Shown in pieces: positions 1-13,324 of a stretch of 64,000 bases of DNA. The translations under genes and the position numbers were made by a program. Location of the stretch: positions 14,138,001 through 14,202,000 of the forward strand of contig CM052817.1 of the NCBI GenBank assembly GCA_028534125.1, in the 5' to 3' direction. Below the pieces are notes generated by a model. That model saw nothing but the letters and a program-made list of their open reading frames with translations, had not been told where the DNA came from and made no database searches. Positions within the stretch are counted from its first letter, which is position 1; each line of letters opens with the position of its first letter. The DNA is from Lama glama (Eukaryota).

Positions 1-626
1 TACACTTGAAAACTCATCAGTACACATATATTATAGGAAGCCTTTCTCATAAAAACAATGGTGCTTGAACATGTAATAAAAGTACTAGTGTATAAAGCCC
101 ATTATTTCAGAAATTATAAAAGGAACTTCCAAGAAGCTTAATTTATTGACTGTTATTTTTATGAAATGAAGGTGCTGGAGGGAAAGCAAAACTTTGAGAT
201 AATGGAACACAGACACATAAGAAAGAAATATTGCTTATGAATGTCAGTTTGAAAGGCTGCAATGGATCATGATTATGACTTAATTGAATGTTTACCATTG
301 AATAATTATTAAATTAACATTTACCTAAAAAGAGAGTCTCCAGCTTTTTGATGAAGAAATCACTTTTATGAAGAACAATGACATTGATTAAAGATAATGC
401 ACATTTGTGAACCTGTCCTAAACCTTCACCCACATCATGTCAGTTAGTTATGTCTGCAATGAGGTAAGTATCAGTGTCTCCCTTGCATGAACGATGGGAC
501 TGACGTGGGGAAATTAAGAACTTGACCTGTTCTAGCAGCATCTTGTAGTTTTCATTTGTAGCACATTTCCAATCGTTACCATTTATCTGTATAATTTTAA
601 TTCAAACAGTCCATATTCTTTTCAAA

Positions 627-832
627 AATTTTATTATTTTATGGTTGATTTACAATGTTAGTTTCATGTGCACAGCAAAGTGATTCAGTTACGCATACAT
701 AATATGTATTTTTTCTTTCCAGATTCTTTTCCATTATTTATCGCAAGAAATTGAATATAGTTCCCTGTGCTATACTTTGGACCCTTGTTTTTTTAATCTA
801 TTTTTATATATAGTAATGTGTTGTTAATCCCC
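627..832 (-). mobile_element. Young artiodactyl-type L1, 3' UTR end (5'-truncated)
   Basis: Reverse-strand L1 3' end: T-rich tail, gttgatttacaatgtt...cagcaaagtgattcagtta...attgaatatagttccctgtgctata. Similar to five other copies in this window. Confidence 0.85.
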
Positions 833-854
833 AAGACCTGTTTTTATTCGTTTA

Positions 855-965
855 AGAACACATGTTCCATGAGAAGAGAAATGGTGGATTTTATTTATCT
901 CTATATACCCTGTGTCTGGCTCCTGACAGGTGCTAGAAAATAAGTGTTGAATAAATAAATGAATA
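855..965 (+). mobile_element. L2 3' end fragment
   Basis: Ends ...tgacaggtgctagaaaataagtgttgaataaataaatgaat, resembling the L2 terminus. Confidence 0.55.
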
Positions 966-1654
966 AAAGAGGTGAAGCAGGAGTTCCAAAATATATGTGC
1001 ATAAACCATTCCATGCAGTTGCCCCTCCAGGGGCCTCACTTTGCGTGAGTAGGTGAGCAGGAAGGTGATAAGAGTTAGAAACAGCACTGAGATCATGAAA
1101 CTGATAGGGAGAGATGGAGAAAAAAAAAGTCGAAAGAAGTTGTGACAGGAACTAATTAAATGGCCTCTAAGAAGAAAAGCTTCAAGACACGAGATTTCCC
1201 CTTTGATAGTGATCAACTTATCGGAGACTGTTAACAAAGAACAGAGAAAAGGCTCAAAAAACCCCTAATAATATGGAGCCTAAAGCATTAGCCACTTTGG
1301 TAACATTTCTTTACAACTGAAGAGAAAATATATTTAGCTTTCAAGTATATTTATAAACATATGGTTCTTCTGATGTTAAAATAATCCTTGGATTATTCCT
1401 TAATATCAAAAAAGAAAACAAGTAACCATCATTGACGCATGTAGTATTCAGAACTCAGGCTATTTTTAATTGGTATAAGCCATCATGTCTCAGCCTTATT
1501 GTTTTAAAGTAGTAGTTCCCAAGAGGTATGTTTTCCATCATTATTTACAACGCAAAGCAAAAGCTGTAGTATTATTCATACTAGTCAGGAGTCAAACGAT
1601 GTTCACTCATCAACAAAATTATCCTTGTTCTCAACTTGAAATTACTACCTACTA

Positions 1655-2222
1655 TGATATTGTGACTTATAGTAAGACATATATATATTTGGTCTTTGTT
1701 CCCATTTCTAGCACAGAGCTCTGAAAACCCCTGGAATTCTCTTTAAATGGTGAGAGCAGTAAAGGTGTTTTTTTGTTATATTAATGAGGTTACTTGGAAA
1801 CTACACCTAAAGATGGGGGCTGCTTGCCAGGAGAACCAACCTCCTAACTAGAAAGTTAGAAATTTCTGTTTCATCCCTCTGACCTTGAAGAGGGGTGAGG
1901 AGATAGAAGCAGACTTAATCGCCAATGGCCACCAATTTCATCTATCATGACAATGTAGTTAAGTTTCCATAAAAACCCAAAGGACGAGGTTCAGAGGGCC
2001 TCTGGGCTGGTGAAGACACGGCAGAGTGGCTCTCTGGATGAGCAGGGGGGTTCCACACTCTTTCTGACATACTTTTCCTTATATATCTCTTCCCTGGCTC
2101 TTCCTGAGTTATGTCCATTTATAATAAACTGGTGGTCCAGTAAGTAAAATGTTTCTCTGGGTTCTGTGAGATGCTCTAGAAAATCAGTTAAACCCAAGGA
2201 GGGGGTCAGTGGACTCCCCAGT
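1655..2222 (+). mobile_element. MER21-type ERVL LTR (partial)
   Basis: Starts tgatattgtg...atatatttggtctttgttcccatttct and contains gccaatggcc, ccataaaaaccc and ataataaactggt...gtttctctgggttctgtgag, as in remembered MER21 consensus. Confidence 0.8.
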
Positions 2223-2234
2223 CCATCTTCTTTT

Positions 2235-2360
2235 GTACCGTGAGTTACATGAGGACAGGGGCCGAGGATGGTCTAGTCTCCATTCTATTGCTGCCATTCC
2301 TAGCACAGTGCTTGTCAAAGAGGGCATGTCTAATAAACAGTGGTTAAATAGGTGAAGGGT
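2235..2360 (+). mobile_element. L2 3' end fragment
   Basis: cctagcacagtgcttg...ctaataaacagtggttaaat resembles the L2 terminus. Confidence 0.6.
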
Positions 2361-2822
2361 TGAATTAACAAACTGATTTCCCAAACTAAAGATAGTAAGA
2401 CATTTTATAAAATACTTATGTTCTAGTGAGTTGCTGATGTTACATAGATTACAAATAAAGCCTTGGGGAGCAGGAGGAATTAAGAAAGGGTTAACCAGAA
2501 CATAGGGACAGATTACTGTTTGCAGATTAGGCAAAATGTAAACCCAATGCTGTTGAGATTTTTTGAGTATGAAAGTAATGTGGTAGAAAAAGAAGTATTT
2601 AGGGTTTGGTCAGGTCCCATGTGTCAAATGAGTTAAAGGCAGGGGCAGGGGGTGATGGCCGTCAGGTAGGAGAGCAAGACAGCTGGGGCCCTCCTCAGTC
2701 TAGCTGGAAAAGGATGAAGCCCTGTTCAGAAGCATTTCAGAGAGGGGTGGAAAGGGAGGAAAGGCATGGCTATCAGCAAACAACTGTTTGTCAGTGAGAG
2801 GACTTAGACTTGATTTGGCAAG

Positions 2823-2984
2823 CAGAAATAGCTGCAGAACTTGCTGGGCCCTCGGCAGAATGAAATGGCAGGCTACCTTGTTTAAAAAGCATTGATAATT
2901 TCAAGACAGTGACACCCGTGCATTAAAACAAATACCAGGCCCTTCTGAGCGTGGACAGACTGCACACCCATGAGGCTGGCTCTG
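2823..2984 (-). mobile_element. MER45A-like hAT-Tip100 MITE
   Basis: gggccc...aatgaaat...aatttcaagacagtgac...gcattaaa...ggcccttctgagcg...cacacccatgaggctggctctg matches the reverse complement of remembered MER45A. Confidence 0.75.
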
Positions 2985-3002
2985 TTGGCAAATATTCCGT
3001 AT

Positions 3003-3060
3003 GAAGGAAGGAAGGAAGGAAGGAAAGAAAGAAAAAAGAAAAGAAGAAATAAAAAGAAGG
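3003..3060. repeat. (GAAG)n/(GAAA)n purine-rich simple repeat
   Basis: Directly visible. Confidence 0.9.
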
Positions 3061-5638
3061 GTAGAAGACAAAAGGTTTAGAGAATGTAGTTGACCGTATA
3101 CTCAAGTCGTATCACACAGAAACACACAAATTCAAAACAACCTTAAATTCCATGGTCTGTCATAGCTCTTAAGTTCCACTAATATGTAAGCCCAATGGGT
3201 TATTGCTGTCCTCAGTGCACACTAGATGGTATTAGTTTATCGTTTTGTCGAGAAGGGAACTACCTAACATTTAGACTATTGTATCAGTAAGGCTATACCT
3301 ACAAAGGAAATAGCCTCACCTCAACATGAGATCATTACATTTTAAGCTACATAAAGAAAAACAGTATTCAATACAGGAAAGTAATTCAATGAAGGAAAGT
3401 AACCCCACTATCCTACTGGATATTGCTCAGCTCAGAACCACTGTGGCCATGTACTGTATTCTACTGCAAAAGATGTTGACTTTTTCATTTAACTTTTCAC
3501 CTGGTTTTCCTTAGACAAAGGGTGATAATGATTGATTGACTGACTGGAGTTTGAAAAGGCCCAGATAGCTGTGTTAGGGTTGATAATCATGATTAGGCAA
3601 AAAGAAGAACTTAGATATTATGGCATCTTTGGAATGGAGCACGCAATAATGTCATTTATGGTTGTTTGTATTCTAGGAATTCCTGAATCCAACCACACCC
3701 TTGAGTTCATCCTCATTATAATGCACATGCTTATAACAAAGTTGCACCTTCAATCTTCTATCTCATTGAAAAAGGTATAATTATAATTCTGCCAGAAATG
3801 CAACCATGCAGGCACAATTAATAGTTTTCAACTCTGTTTAGGATCCGGCAAGAAAGAAATTATTGAAAGAGTTGACTTCAGAAAATTGTTTTGCTGTTTC
3901 GATGGGGGAAGGAAATAATAACAATCCATGATTAGGAAGCTTCGTAGTTCCTCTTCAAAGAGAAGATCTCACAGCTGCACGGGATGTCCAATGAAATGAG
4001 ATGAGTAGGAAGGAAAAACACATGAGTTTATTGAAATCTCCACATTATAACCTCCGAAGAGTCTCAGCAATCATATCCCATCACTTTCCAACACCTTTTT
4101 ACCCCTCTCTAAAATGCCACATTGCATATATTCAGCTTGCAATTTAAATAATTTTTGCTGTTTTTATAAAGTGGAAAAAAAATGTCCCTCTACTCCACAG
4201 CTACTGGGGCAAAGAACAAAGCGAGTGCTTGTATAAACATACTGGCACTATAAATTCAAGAATGGAATCTTTTACTTAAGCAGCCATGACTAGGCTGAAT
4301 GCCCATGCTGCTTAACTTTACCCTAAAATTGCAGGAATTAAAAATGAGACACATTTGTTATCCAGGAAAGGGCAAAGGCAGAGTGGGAGCCTCTGGTGGT
4401 TTTGCAGTCTGGGCACCAGGCTTGTGCACTGACAATCTGTCAGTGTTCCATTCCTTTCTTACCCTTAATTAGAATTCTCTATTCAGAGCTTGCTGTCTGT
4501 ATCACTCTTGCCACTCTGGTGTCCAGAACTGGCATAAACATGGCTAACCTTGTCCTCATCCAGTGATTCATCACATCCCTGCTGGTCCCCTTCAGCACTG
4601 CAGATTTGCAGCAGTCTCCACGCCAGGTTGTTTCTCCCATCCTCCCCTCTGCTCCACAGCACACTCGAACCAACTGGTGAAAGTTTCCGAGTCTTACTGA
4701 AGAGGACATTTTTTTGAAACCTCAAGACAGACACATGCCCTTCAGTGGAACTATGCTAAGACCTGAAACAGGGCATTTTGTCCAATTCTCTGAGTCATGG
4801 AGGTTTTGAAAATTGTTGTTCCACAGCGGTACTAAAACCACGTCAACCAAAAGAGAAACAAGGCAAGGAACCATCGCTGAGTAAGCCACGATTGAGGCTG
4901 TTCTTCCTAGCTAAAGAATCCTTGTTTCTAGTGTTGTCAACGTAAAACAGGAAGCATTTGTGTTCAAAAACACTTTAAAAATCTATTAGCCAACAATTTG
5001 CTTACTTAGTATATGTGTGTGCTCTGTTGGAGGGTAAGGAATGAGGCTTGTGGACCAGCTGAAAGGGAAATAACACCAGTAACTTGAAAAACATGATGCC
5101 AGGTTTCTTGGGACCCAAAGGAACTCCACAGGAACAATGTGAAGGAACAGAGGCAGCTCTATTTGTTCTGTGAGTGAAGCTGTTTTCTGGGCTGTAGGTT
5201 GCACTGCCTCTCTGAATCCTCAGAGCTACACCATGTTATGATACTATTTTAGAGATATGAGAAAAAACAATTCAATACCTTTTAAATGAGCTATCAGTCA
5301 AGGTTGCAAGATGATTCAATTCAATAGACGGGAATAAAAACAATAAACAACAACAAGAAAAGATGCATAATGGTTCTGAGCAAAAGCTTTGGGTTGGAAA
5401 ACATATGATTAATTACTCCATAACCTTGGGCAAAGCTTAACCTTTATTAGAACAATACTAGTATCAACCCGCAGGGTTGCTGAGCAGACTAGACTGAATG
5501 CAAGATGCTTAGGGCCATATCTGGCAGAGAGTGAGGCTTTAGTCAATGCAAAACAGCGTTGGAAATTATGATGGGGAGGGCAGGAGAATGAAAAAGGAGA
5601 AAGAGTAAAAGGCGAAAGATTTATGTGATCTGGAAAGA

Positions 5639-5829
5639 AAACTACTATAAATAAAACAGACAAACAAGTTTATACTGTATAGCACAGGGAACTATATTCA
5701 ATGTCTTATAGTAACCTATAATGAAAAAGAATATGAAAAGGAATATATATATATATGACTGAAACATTATGCTGTACACCAGAAATTGGCACATTGTAAA
5801 CTGACTATACTTCAATCAAAAAAAAAAAA
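5639..5829 (+). mobile_element. Young L1 3' UTR end with poly(A)
   Basis: ctgtatagcacagggaactatattcaat...gctgtacaccagaaattggcacattgtaaactgactatacttcaat followed by an A-run. Confidence 0.9.
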
Positions 5830-5877
5830 GGAGAAAGGAACAGTAAAATGCAATCAATCAATCAATCAACCAGTCAA

Positions 5878-6060
5878 AACAGAAAAATATGGGTGAATAT
5901 TTAACTTGATCTCAGGAAGGAAAAAAAATGCTCCCTAAGCTTAAAAGGAATGAAAGAAATCACAAGAGTTTTTTTTAAAAAAGATAATAGAAGTGTCTAT
6001 GTAAAAATTTAATATTTCTGCCTATAAGAACTAACCATAAACAGAATCAAAAGGCAAGTC
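5878..6060 (+). mobile_element. Old L1M ORF2 fragment
   Basis: agaaaaatatgggtgaatattt...aaaatttaatatttctg...ccataaacagaatcaaaaggcaa resembles the ORF2 C-terminal region of ancient L1. Confidence 0.55.
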
Positions 6061-9000
6061 AATCACAATTATAGGCACTGATTATTTGGAGAAGAGGAAA
6101 GGAAAGTAATTAGAACAAGAGAGTGTACCATTTCTGCTCCTGTGGTGGTTAGCATTTAATTGGAAATTAGGACTACATTCACTTAAAATAATTTCTATTT
6201 ATAGAACATCATACATATGGAAATATTAAGAGGGAATGAATTATGAATATAAGTCTGACCAATTATTGGGAAAGAAACAAGCTACACCAGATGGGACGAA
6301 TGCTGGGTGGCTTGCTGGAGCTGAGTACACACGTTATGACATCCAGTTAAGTGCGAGGAACCTTGTAGGTTCCAGATCCATGTATATATTGCACAGAATT
6401 CCTTATTTGTCCCACCTGACTGGGCTTTATAAGGTCACAGTAAGGTTTTACATTTGGAGTTCTTCTTCCTCCTCTCTTCTATTCAGAGGTTTATTGGCCC
6501 GTTTTGAATGCTATAAAAGACGTACCTATATTTTACGAAGATTTGGGCTTGAAAATGCCTAAGGTCACAGGCGTATAATTACACCTGATCTCTTCTTTTC
6601 ACATTCAGAGGTTATAGTGTATTAGAACACACACGCACAATTCTAAGTGTCTCTAGGGCAAGACAATATTTGTAATAAAGTAGATTGCTTTTATGAATAT
6701 ACTTTAAAAACTCTTCAATGCATTTTTGCCTATACAACACTTTGTGCTTTTTAAACTAAGTTTCTAAATTTATAGTCTGATCTACCTGAAAGTTCTCATA
6801 AATGGTAAACAATTTACGGTCTTGTGATTCCTCACTGGAATTATATTCATATCTAGGTCTTCATTAAGTTCCCATTCCAAATTTGTTTTTGCTCCCCTAG
6901 CTCTGACTTATGAAGCAAGCTCTCATATTTGGACAGGTTTACTATTTTAAGAATATATCTCTCTCAGTGCTTTGTGTAATTAAGAGAATTTTGTTAGCAA
7001 TAATATTCAGACTCAAGCATGCTGCAGACTGTGAGCTATAAAGCTTCCACGCAGCTTATCTTTCAGTGTATGTATTACAAATACAGTTTCAGAATAAGGA
7101 TGTGCATGATCATGAACCTGCCACGTGGTTTTCACGTCTCATTGAGATCAGCCAGTGAGTGGTAAAACATCATCTTAATCTTGAATTGGAGCATAAATCA
7201 TAGTTGTAGGAAGTTGCCCATAATACAATGATTGCACTGATAACTTTTGAGAATCCCTTAGTAAAATTAATAGTAAATGTTTAATAATACGGACTAGTGC
7301 TACAGGTAGAGTAACTATAGATTAATGGTGCTCAATGTTCGATGCTAATAGCATCCTTTGGAGAGCTTTTATCATGATACCAACGTCCCAGTTGCAAACC
7401 ACTTCTAACCAGTGGCTAGTGTTGAGAACCACTAACCTGATAAATGAAAGGGAAAGGGCCAGTTTGAGGAGCTAAATGTGACATATCCTTACCATTCTGA
7501 CTTCACCACCATTCACAAATGGCTTTGGCAAGAATAATATGGTAAAAGCCATGAGATTGTCTTTGACTGTAAGGAAGGAAGTTGCAATGGAAATGGTGAA
7601 TTTGTGTCCTTGGAAACTGAAATGCTGAGTCCAAATGGACACGTGGGCAAAATCCTCTTATACAGCATGATCACGATCTCTATGTCAGTACTTCATTCTC
7701 TGATGAGTATCCCATACACTTGGCACACGTTTTACTACTAAGAAAGAAGAGGCTCATTTTACCCCTTCAATTCACCTGGCAGCAGATTATGGCATCTTTG
7801 GGGAACTCAGATAGGGTACAGGTTGAGTTTTGGGGATGATGAAAAGGTGTTCCTTCGCTTCCTTCTTCCTCGGAGTAACAATAAAAGCTGTCATCTAAAA
7901 GTTCTTCCCTGATGCCTGATTTCCCCCCGGAGTATCTTGTCACTGGAGCCTCATTGACTCAGACTAATTTGATGTGCCCTGTTTTGTAATGAGTTGGCTG
8001 CTACCATGATAACCACTGCATAAATACCTAATGAAATGAGAACTGTCTGTCTCCTCCATCCCCAGCCAGGCTTGCTGCCTCTTAGCCAAGAGAATATCCT
8101 GGAGGAAACTGTCCAGACAGAATGTCTTCTGCAAAAGTTCATGTTAATAAAGTTTTAAACTAAGGACATTTTTTTTTCAGTTTCAAGAACTATAGCATTA
8201 GTAAGAATGCTTATTTTTGCCTAGTATTCTACTAATGAAACACTCATTAGCTATCTCTTTCAGGGCTTATCACTTTTAAAACTACCTCACCAATGGGGCA
8301 ACTGCAATACAATCAAAATCTGAATGCAGAAAAGTATCTCTGTAGTCATGCAAAATTGAAATCCATTGTTTTTGGTCAAGAACTCCACATTGAATATTTT
8401 TCTACTCAGCAAGTGCGGCAATTGTCAGATCTCTTCTGAAAGACTAGTTCTCATCTAAAATAGAGACCAGTTGAAATGTGATATTTCACATGCACTTTAT
8501 CAGGTGTCTTTAGTTGCCCACCATAGTAACAGACTGGCTAGCTAATAGAAAATAAATTGGTTGGAATTTGTATAGTACACTGGTTTGATGGGAAGGTCAG
8601 CTTGTAAACAAAAGGTAAGAATCAAGGCAATAATGAGAGTGGAAGTAGCATAAACCACTTGATAAACTTGTCAGATGCCACAGCTGGACTAAATGAGCTC
8701 CAAGTATTTTCTCCCTCTCATCTCTTAATGGAAAGTTGACTGTTGCAGCTCTAAACTAATATTCTCCCAGTTCAAGTTCAGCAAGAAAGCGAATCTTCCT
8801 CCTGACAACATTCATCTCATTGGCTGCAAGAATCAAGTGTCCATTCCTGAAGCAACTACTGTGACCAGAGGATTCAATCCTCTGATTTGCCAGGCTTCTC
8901 TTCTTTGCTTGCTCCCAGAATAAGGGGAGGGACCTAATCAACTCCACCTGAAACCTAGGGTCTGCACATTGAGAAGGGATGTTTTCAGTGTCCTGTCACA

Positions 9001-9090
9001 AAAAAAGCACATAAATGCTAGGAAGCCACGAAACAAACGTACGTTATCCAACAAAAGATAGTCTCCACATAGGTTTGGAAATAGAATTTA

Positions 9091-9977
9091 AAGATAATGA
9101 AGGGCAAATGACCACATAAAAGGATGTTCAATATCATATGTCATTAATTAAAACAAAAACGAGATATTACTACACACCACTTAGAATGGTCAAAATCCAA
9201 AACACTGACAACAACAAATACCGGCAAGGATGTGGAGCAACAGGAACTCACATTCATTCCTGATGGTTTCTTACAAAACTAAACATACTCTTACCATATG
9301 ATCCAGTACATTGAAAACTTTTGCCCACCTGCACGTGGATGTTTACAGCAGCTTTATTCATGGTTGTCGAAACTTGGAAGCAATCAAGATGCCCTTCAGT
9401 AGATGAATGGATAAATAGACTGATACATTTAGACAATGGAATATTTTCAGTGCTAAAAGAAAATGAGTTATTATGCCACAAAAAGCCATGAAAGAAATGA
9501 AAATGCATATTACTAAGTGAAAGAAGCCAACTTGAAAAGGCTACCACTGTATATGATTCCAACTATATGATATTCTGGAAAATGTGAAATGTTGGAGACA
9601 GTAAAAAGATCAGTGGTTTGCCAGGGGCTGCTTGGGTGGTGGATGAATAGGTAGAGCACAGAGGATTTTTAGGGCAGTGAAAATACTCTGTATGATACCA
9701 TAGTGATGGATGCATGTCATAATATTGGTCCAAGCCCAGGCAATGTACAGCACCAAGAGTGAATCCTAATGTAAATGATGGACTTAGTGATAAGGATGCA
9801 TCTACATGTAGGTTCACCAACTGTAACAACTGTACTACCCTGGTGGGAGATGCTGAGAGGAGGAGAGGTTGTACATGGGGAGGGGGGTAAAGGATCTACG
9901 GGAACTCTCTGTAAGATCCCCTCAACTTTGCTGTGAACCTAAAGATGCTCTAAAAATCAAGTTTATTTTAAAAAAAA
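9091..9977 (+). mobile_element. L1MC (L1MC1-like) 3' end
   Basis: End of ORF2 plus the typical 3' UTR (aagtgaaagaagccaa, gagcacagaggatttttagggcagtgaaaatactctgtatgatac) and an A-rich tail. Homologous to about 29480-30437. Confidence 0.9.
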
Positions 9978-10199
9978 GATAGTCCCAGAGGTCAATACTC
10001 CTGACTTCTTTCTCGCCCTTCTCATTAGCACCAAGGTCCCTGGCACACCACAAGGCTCTGGAATGGACAATGCTGGGCTTTAATTTTGCCAGGCACATTT
10101 TCCTCTCTGTTTGACCTTGAGTAAAATGCCTACCCTCCAAAATCTGGGATAAAATGTGATAATCTGTGTCAACCACATGGTTAAGCATCCAGTAATCAT

Positions 10200-10445
10200 A
10201 GGAAACACTTACTGATCACTGTGTACCAGAAACTGGAATAAGCACTTTATATGATAACCCATTTAACCATCACGTAACACTGAGGTAAGCATTACTACTT
10301 CCCTGTTTTAGAGATAAATAAACTGAGGCAGGAAGCGGTTAGGCAAGCCGCAAAAGGTAACATAGCTAATAAGCACGAAAGTTCCAACGTGAACTCAGAT
10401 AATTTAGATCTAGAAGCTTTGTTTTTACCACTATGCTAAACAGCC
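10200..10445 (-). mobile_element. MIR SINE
   Basis: ttttagagataaataaactgaggcagg...gttagg...aaggtaacatagctaataag is the reverse MIR core. Confidence 0.8.
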
Positions 10446-11821
10446 TTTGTGTACCATATTCACAGAGTAGAGCTTACAGCTCTTAATTTCCTTTTTTTCC
10501 CTTGTATCTAATTGCGATTGGATAATAGGTGTTCCACTAACTATATGGCAGTTTTCTAAGTTTACAAATAAGGGAGGAAAAATAAGGCTGAATGAGGAAT
10601 TCTAGATTCTAAAATAAATAGTTTTATTTTCATTGGATTTTAACTTTGAATAGATTTTGGGTTTTGACTAAGGCGATACCTAAATCCGCGAACATAGTTT
10701 AGATTGATATTAACCACTATTTCAATTCCTCCTTAATTCTTCCCAACTCCACTTCTCTGTTCATCTTCTCTTACAGAAGAAGGGAAGAGTAAAAATAATG
10801 CCTAATTCAGGCTTTTGGTATGAGACAATTTTAGGTTTTGAAGGGTAATGCATTTATGGAACAAAAGAGTCTTAAGTGAAACTGAACAAGAACAGAAAGA
10901 AAAATAACACAACATTAATCTGGAAGTAATGAATGTTCAGAGGACGATCTTTAGCTTCAATTACAGAAAAAAATACCACTGCTCTTCTCATCTGCTCATA
11001 GATGCATTTTGGTTTATGCAACAGATTCATTCCTGAGTCAAGTACGTCAAATGTGGGCTGACAATACTCACCCTCTGAGTTTTCTGTTCAGATAAGGTCA
11101 ATCCATCTTTTAAACACAGTTAACTGTTTTCTAAGGCTCAGGGTTTTGTTGCTGCTATTTTGTTTTGTTTTTCAATGTTCTGATGCTTGCACAGAACTTC
11201 CTCCAGCTGCTGAGTTCTCAAAGATTCAACTTAACCCCTTCGTTTCCTCCTCCCTTCTTTCTTTCACAAACATTTATTGGGCACCTACTGTGAACAGTAT
11301 TTAGGCTTTGTAGATGATGTAAAGATGAATAAGCCACAATTCTTAAGAGATCAGCAGTAGAGCTACACACAATTCACGGAGGGAGTTTATTCACTGGAGC
11401 AATGATATCGACCAGTCGGCTCACTGAGTATTCATAAGGTACCCTGGACAAGGAGGAGGGGGCACGCAACTAACTGTGCCCGTCAAGCTACGAGCAGAAA
11501 TAGGACTTGCTAATTTCCAGGCAGCTGAATTTAAATTACGGGTAGGAGACTTTCCAGCAAATTCTTTCTTGTCCAGATGACTGAAGAAGCCACATGTTCT
11601 AGACTGTGCTGTTTCAAAGTGGACAAAGAGTCATCAGCCCGGGTTGACAGATGATTGTATGGGATTCAGCTCCCAACTGACCACCACAGAATACGGGCCA
11701 CGAGTGAGAATTAAATTTCTGTTGCTTTGAGGAACCTCAGGGCTAATTTGGGATATAGTACGGTCTATCCTATTCTGATTAATACCTTCATAACGTGGGT
11801 TAGAGAACACAGAACATAATG

Positions 11822-12062
11822 ACAGCATTTATGGTCTTACTGTGGGCCTGGAACTCTTCTAAGCACTCACCACATGTTATGTCACTGCACCCTCACAATA
11901 ATCCAGTGAAGTAGATACTATTATTGTCACCATTTTATAGGTGGATAAACTGAGACACAAGTAGGTAATCAACTTTCCCACAAATAAATAACTGAAAATG
12001 TTGGAGTTGAGAGTTAAGCCCAGGTCATCTGGCTTCAAGGTTCATGACTTCAATGACTATGC
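11822..12062 (-). mobile_element. MIR SINE
   Basis: cctcacaataatcc...cattttataggtggataaactgagacaca...cccaggtcatctggcttcaa. Confidence 0.85.
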
Positions 12063-13324
12063 AATTTTAAAATTTAAAGGTGTGTGCCATTGCACAATGG
12101 AAGTAGAAGACCTTAAGGTTTCAATGTGGAATATCTGTATCATCTATTCTCCCGGAAAATACTGAGAACCCACTACGTGCTGGCCACTGCACTCAGCGAT
12201 GGGTCTCAACCCTGTCCCAGGTGGTCCGTAACAGAATCCTCAGGAGCCTCTGGGGAATGAGGCAGCTGCGGGGGCCACTTGAAATCTCCAGCTTTCCAGA
12301 AGAACTTGTGCTGAAGCACTGAGGAGGTACCCCAGACCGCTGGCTCAACAAAGCCCCAGATACAGAACTGTTACTAGGAGATAGCTAATTGGTTTTGCTA
12401 CTGCCGACATGTTTCATTGGCCCAACTTTCCTAATTGCCCAGCTCTCATTTTCTGCTCATCGTTTAAGGTTTATACCTCACAGAGTTTCAAATGAAAACA
12501 GGCTGGTTCTGTTATACTGTAAGTCATAATCATAGTAGTTCAATTAATATTTACATTTTGCAGTATTACACTAAAATCTTCCAAGTGTTTGGATGAATTC
12601 TTAACGGGCAAATATTTAAGTAAACCATGACTGTCTTTTGAAAGAAATTTTACTAACACTTCCTATGTGTGATACCAGGAATCTATTGGCTCAATAAATG
12701 GTGACACCTGTTAAAATTACATTTTTACAAAATTACATTATTACATTCTATTGCTTTTAAGAGCTGTTCTGCTTTCCTGGGATAAAGACTGTCTCATTTA
12801 ACTTGAAATGTTGCTAAAGTCTTAGCCATATCAAATATGTGTGATGGTTTTGAAATCCTCCGGCCCCATCCACCCCTCTGGGAAGGAAAAAGAAAAAAAA
12901 AAATAAATACAAGCCAAACAAAGCTGCCTCGACCTGGCTCTGAGCCAGGAAAGAAGAACAAAGCTTTTGTATCGCTGCTATTTATAACCCTGAATTACTC
13001 TGTGTTAGAGAGATGGAGCCTCATCAGGGGACAGTCTTTTGTTTGCTTAGCAAAACCGCATCTTCACCCTCAGTAAAACCCTTATTTAAGACAGTACCAA
13101 AAAGAAACGGGAGGTACCAGGTATGGAGCTGGAGGCTGAGGATGGATCAAGATATTGTAAAGCAACGAACAACGAGTTCCAGGCTGACTGGAGAGGAGAA
13201 AACAGCAGCTGAAGGGGTGGCGAGACAGTGGATGGGGGAAGGCTCACTAGCAACAGGGAGCCCGTGGGACCGGATCTGAGGAGCTAAGAAGAAAAGAAGT
13301 GTCTAAAGAAACATTGTGCCAAGT

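Noticed and set aside
824..1237. 137-aa minus-strand ORF, the longest without Ns
   Set aside because: No recognisable domain, a non-ATG start, and it overlaps L2/L1 remnants.
3366..3401. 18-bp tandem duplication (similar short ones at 56474-56497 and about 55519-55548)
   Set aside because: Ordinary two-unit slippage duplications with no repeat-spacer structure; not CRISPR-like.
4479..4734. Two overlapping minus-strand ORFs in a GC-richer patch
   Set aside because: No recognisable protein and no convincing splice-site pair.
5591..5837. aaaaaggagaaag on both sides of the L1 tail as a possible TSD
   Set aside because: Low-complexity purine sequence lying about 35 nt from the L1 5' end; could be chance.
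6236..6562. 108-aa ATG-initiated ORF in unique DNA
   Set aside because: No recognisable homology or exon structure; this length is expected by chance.
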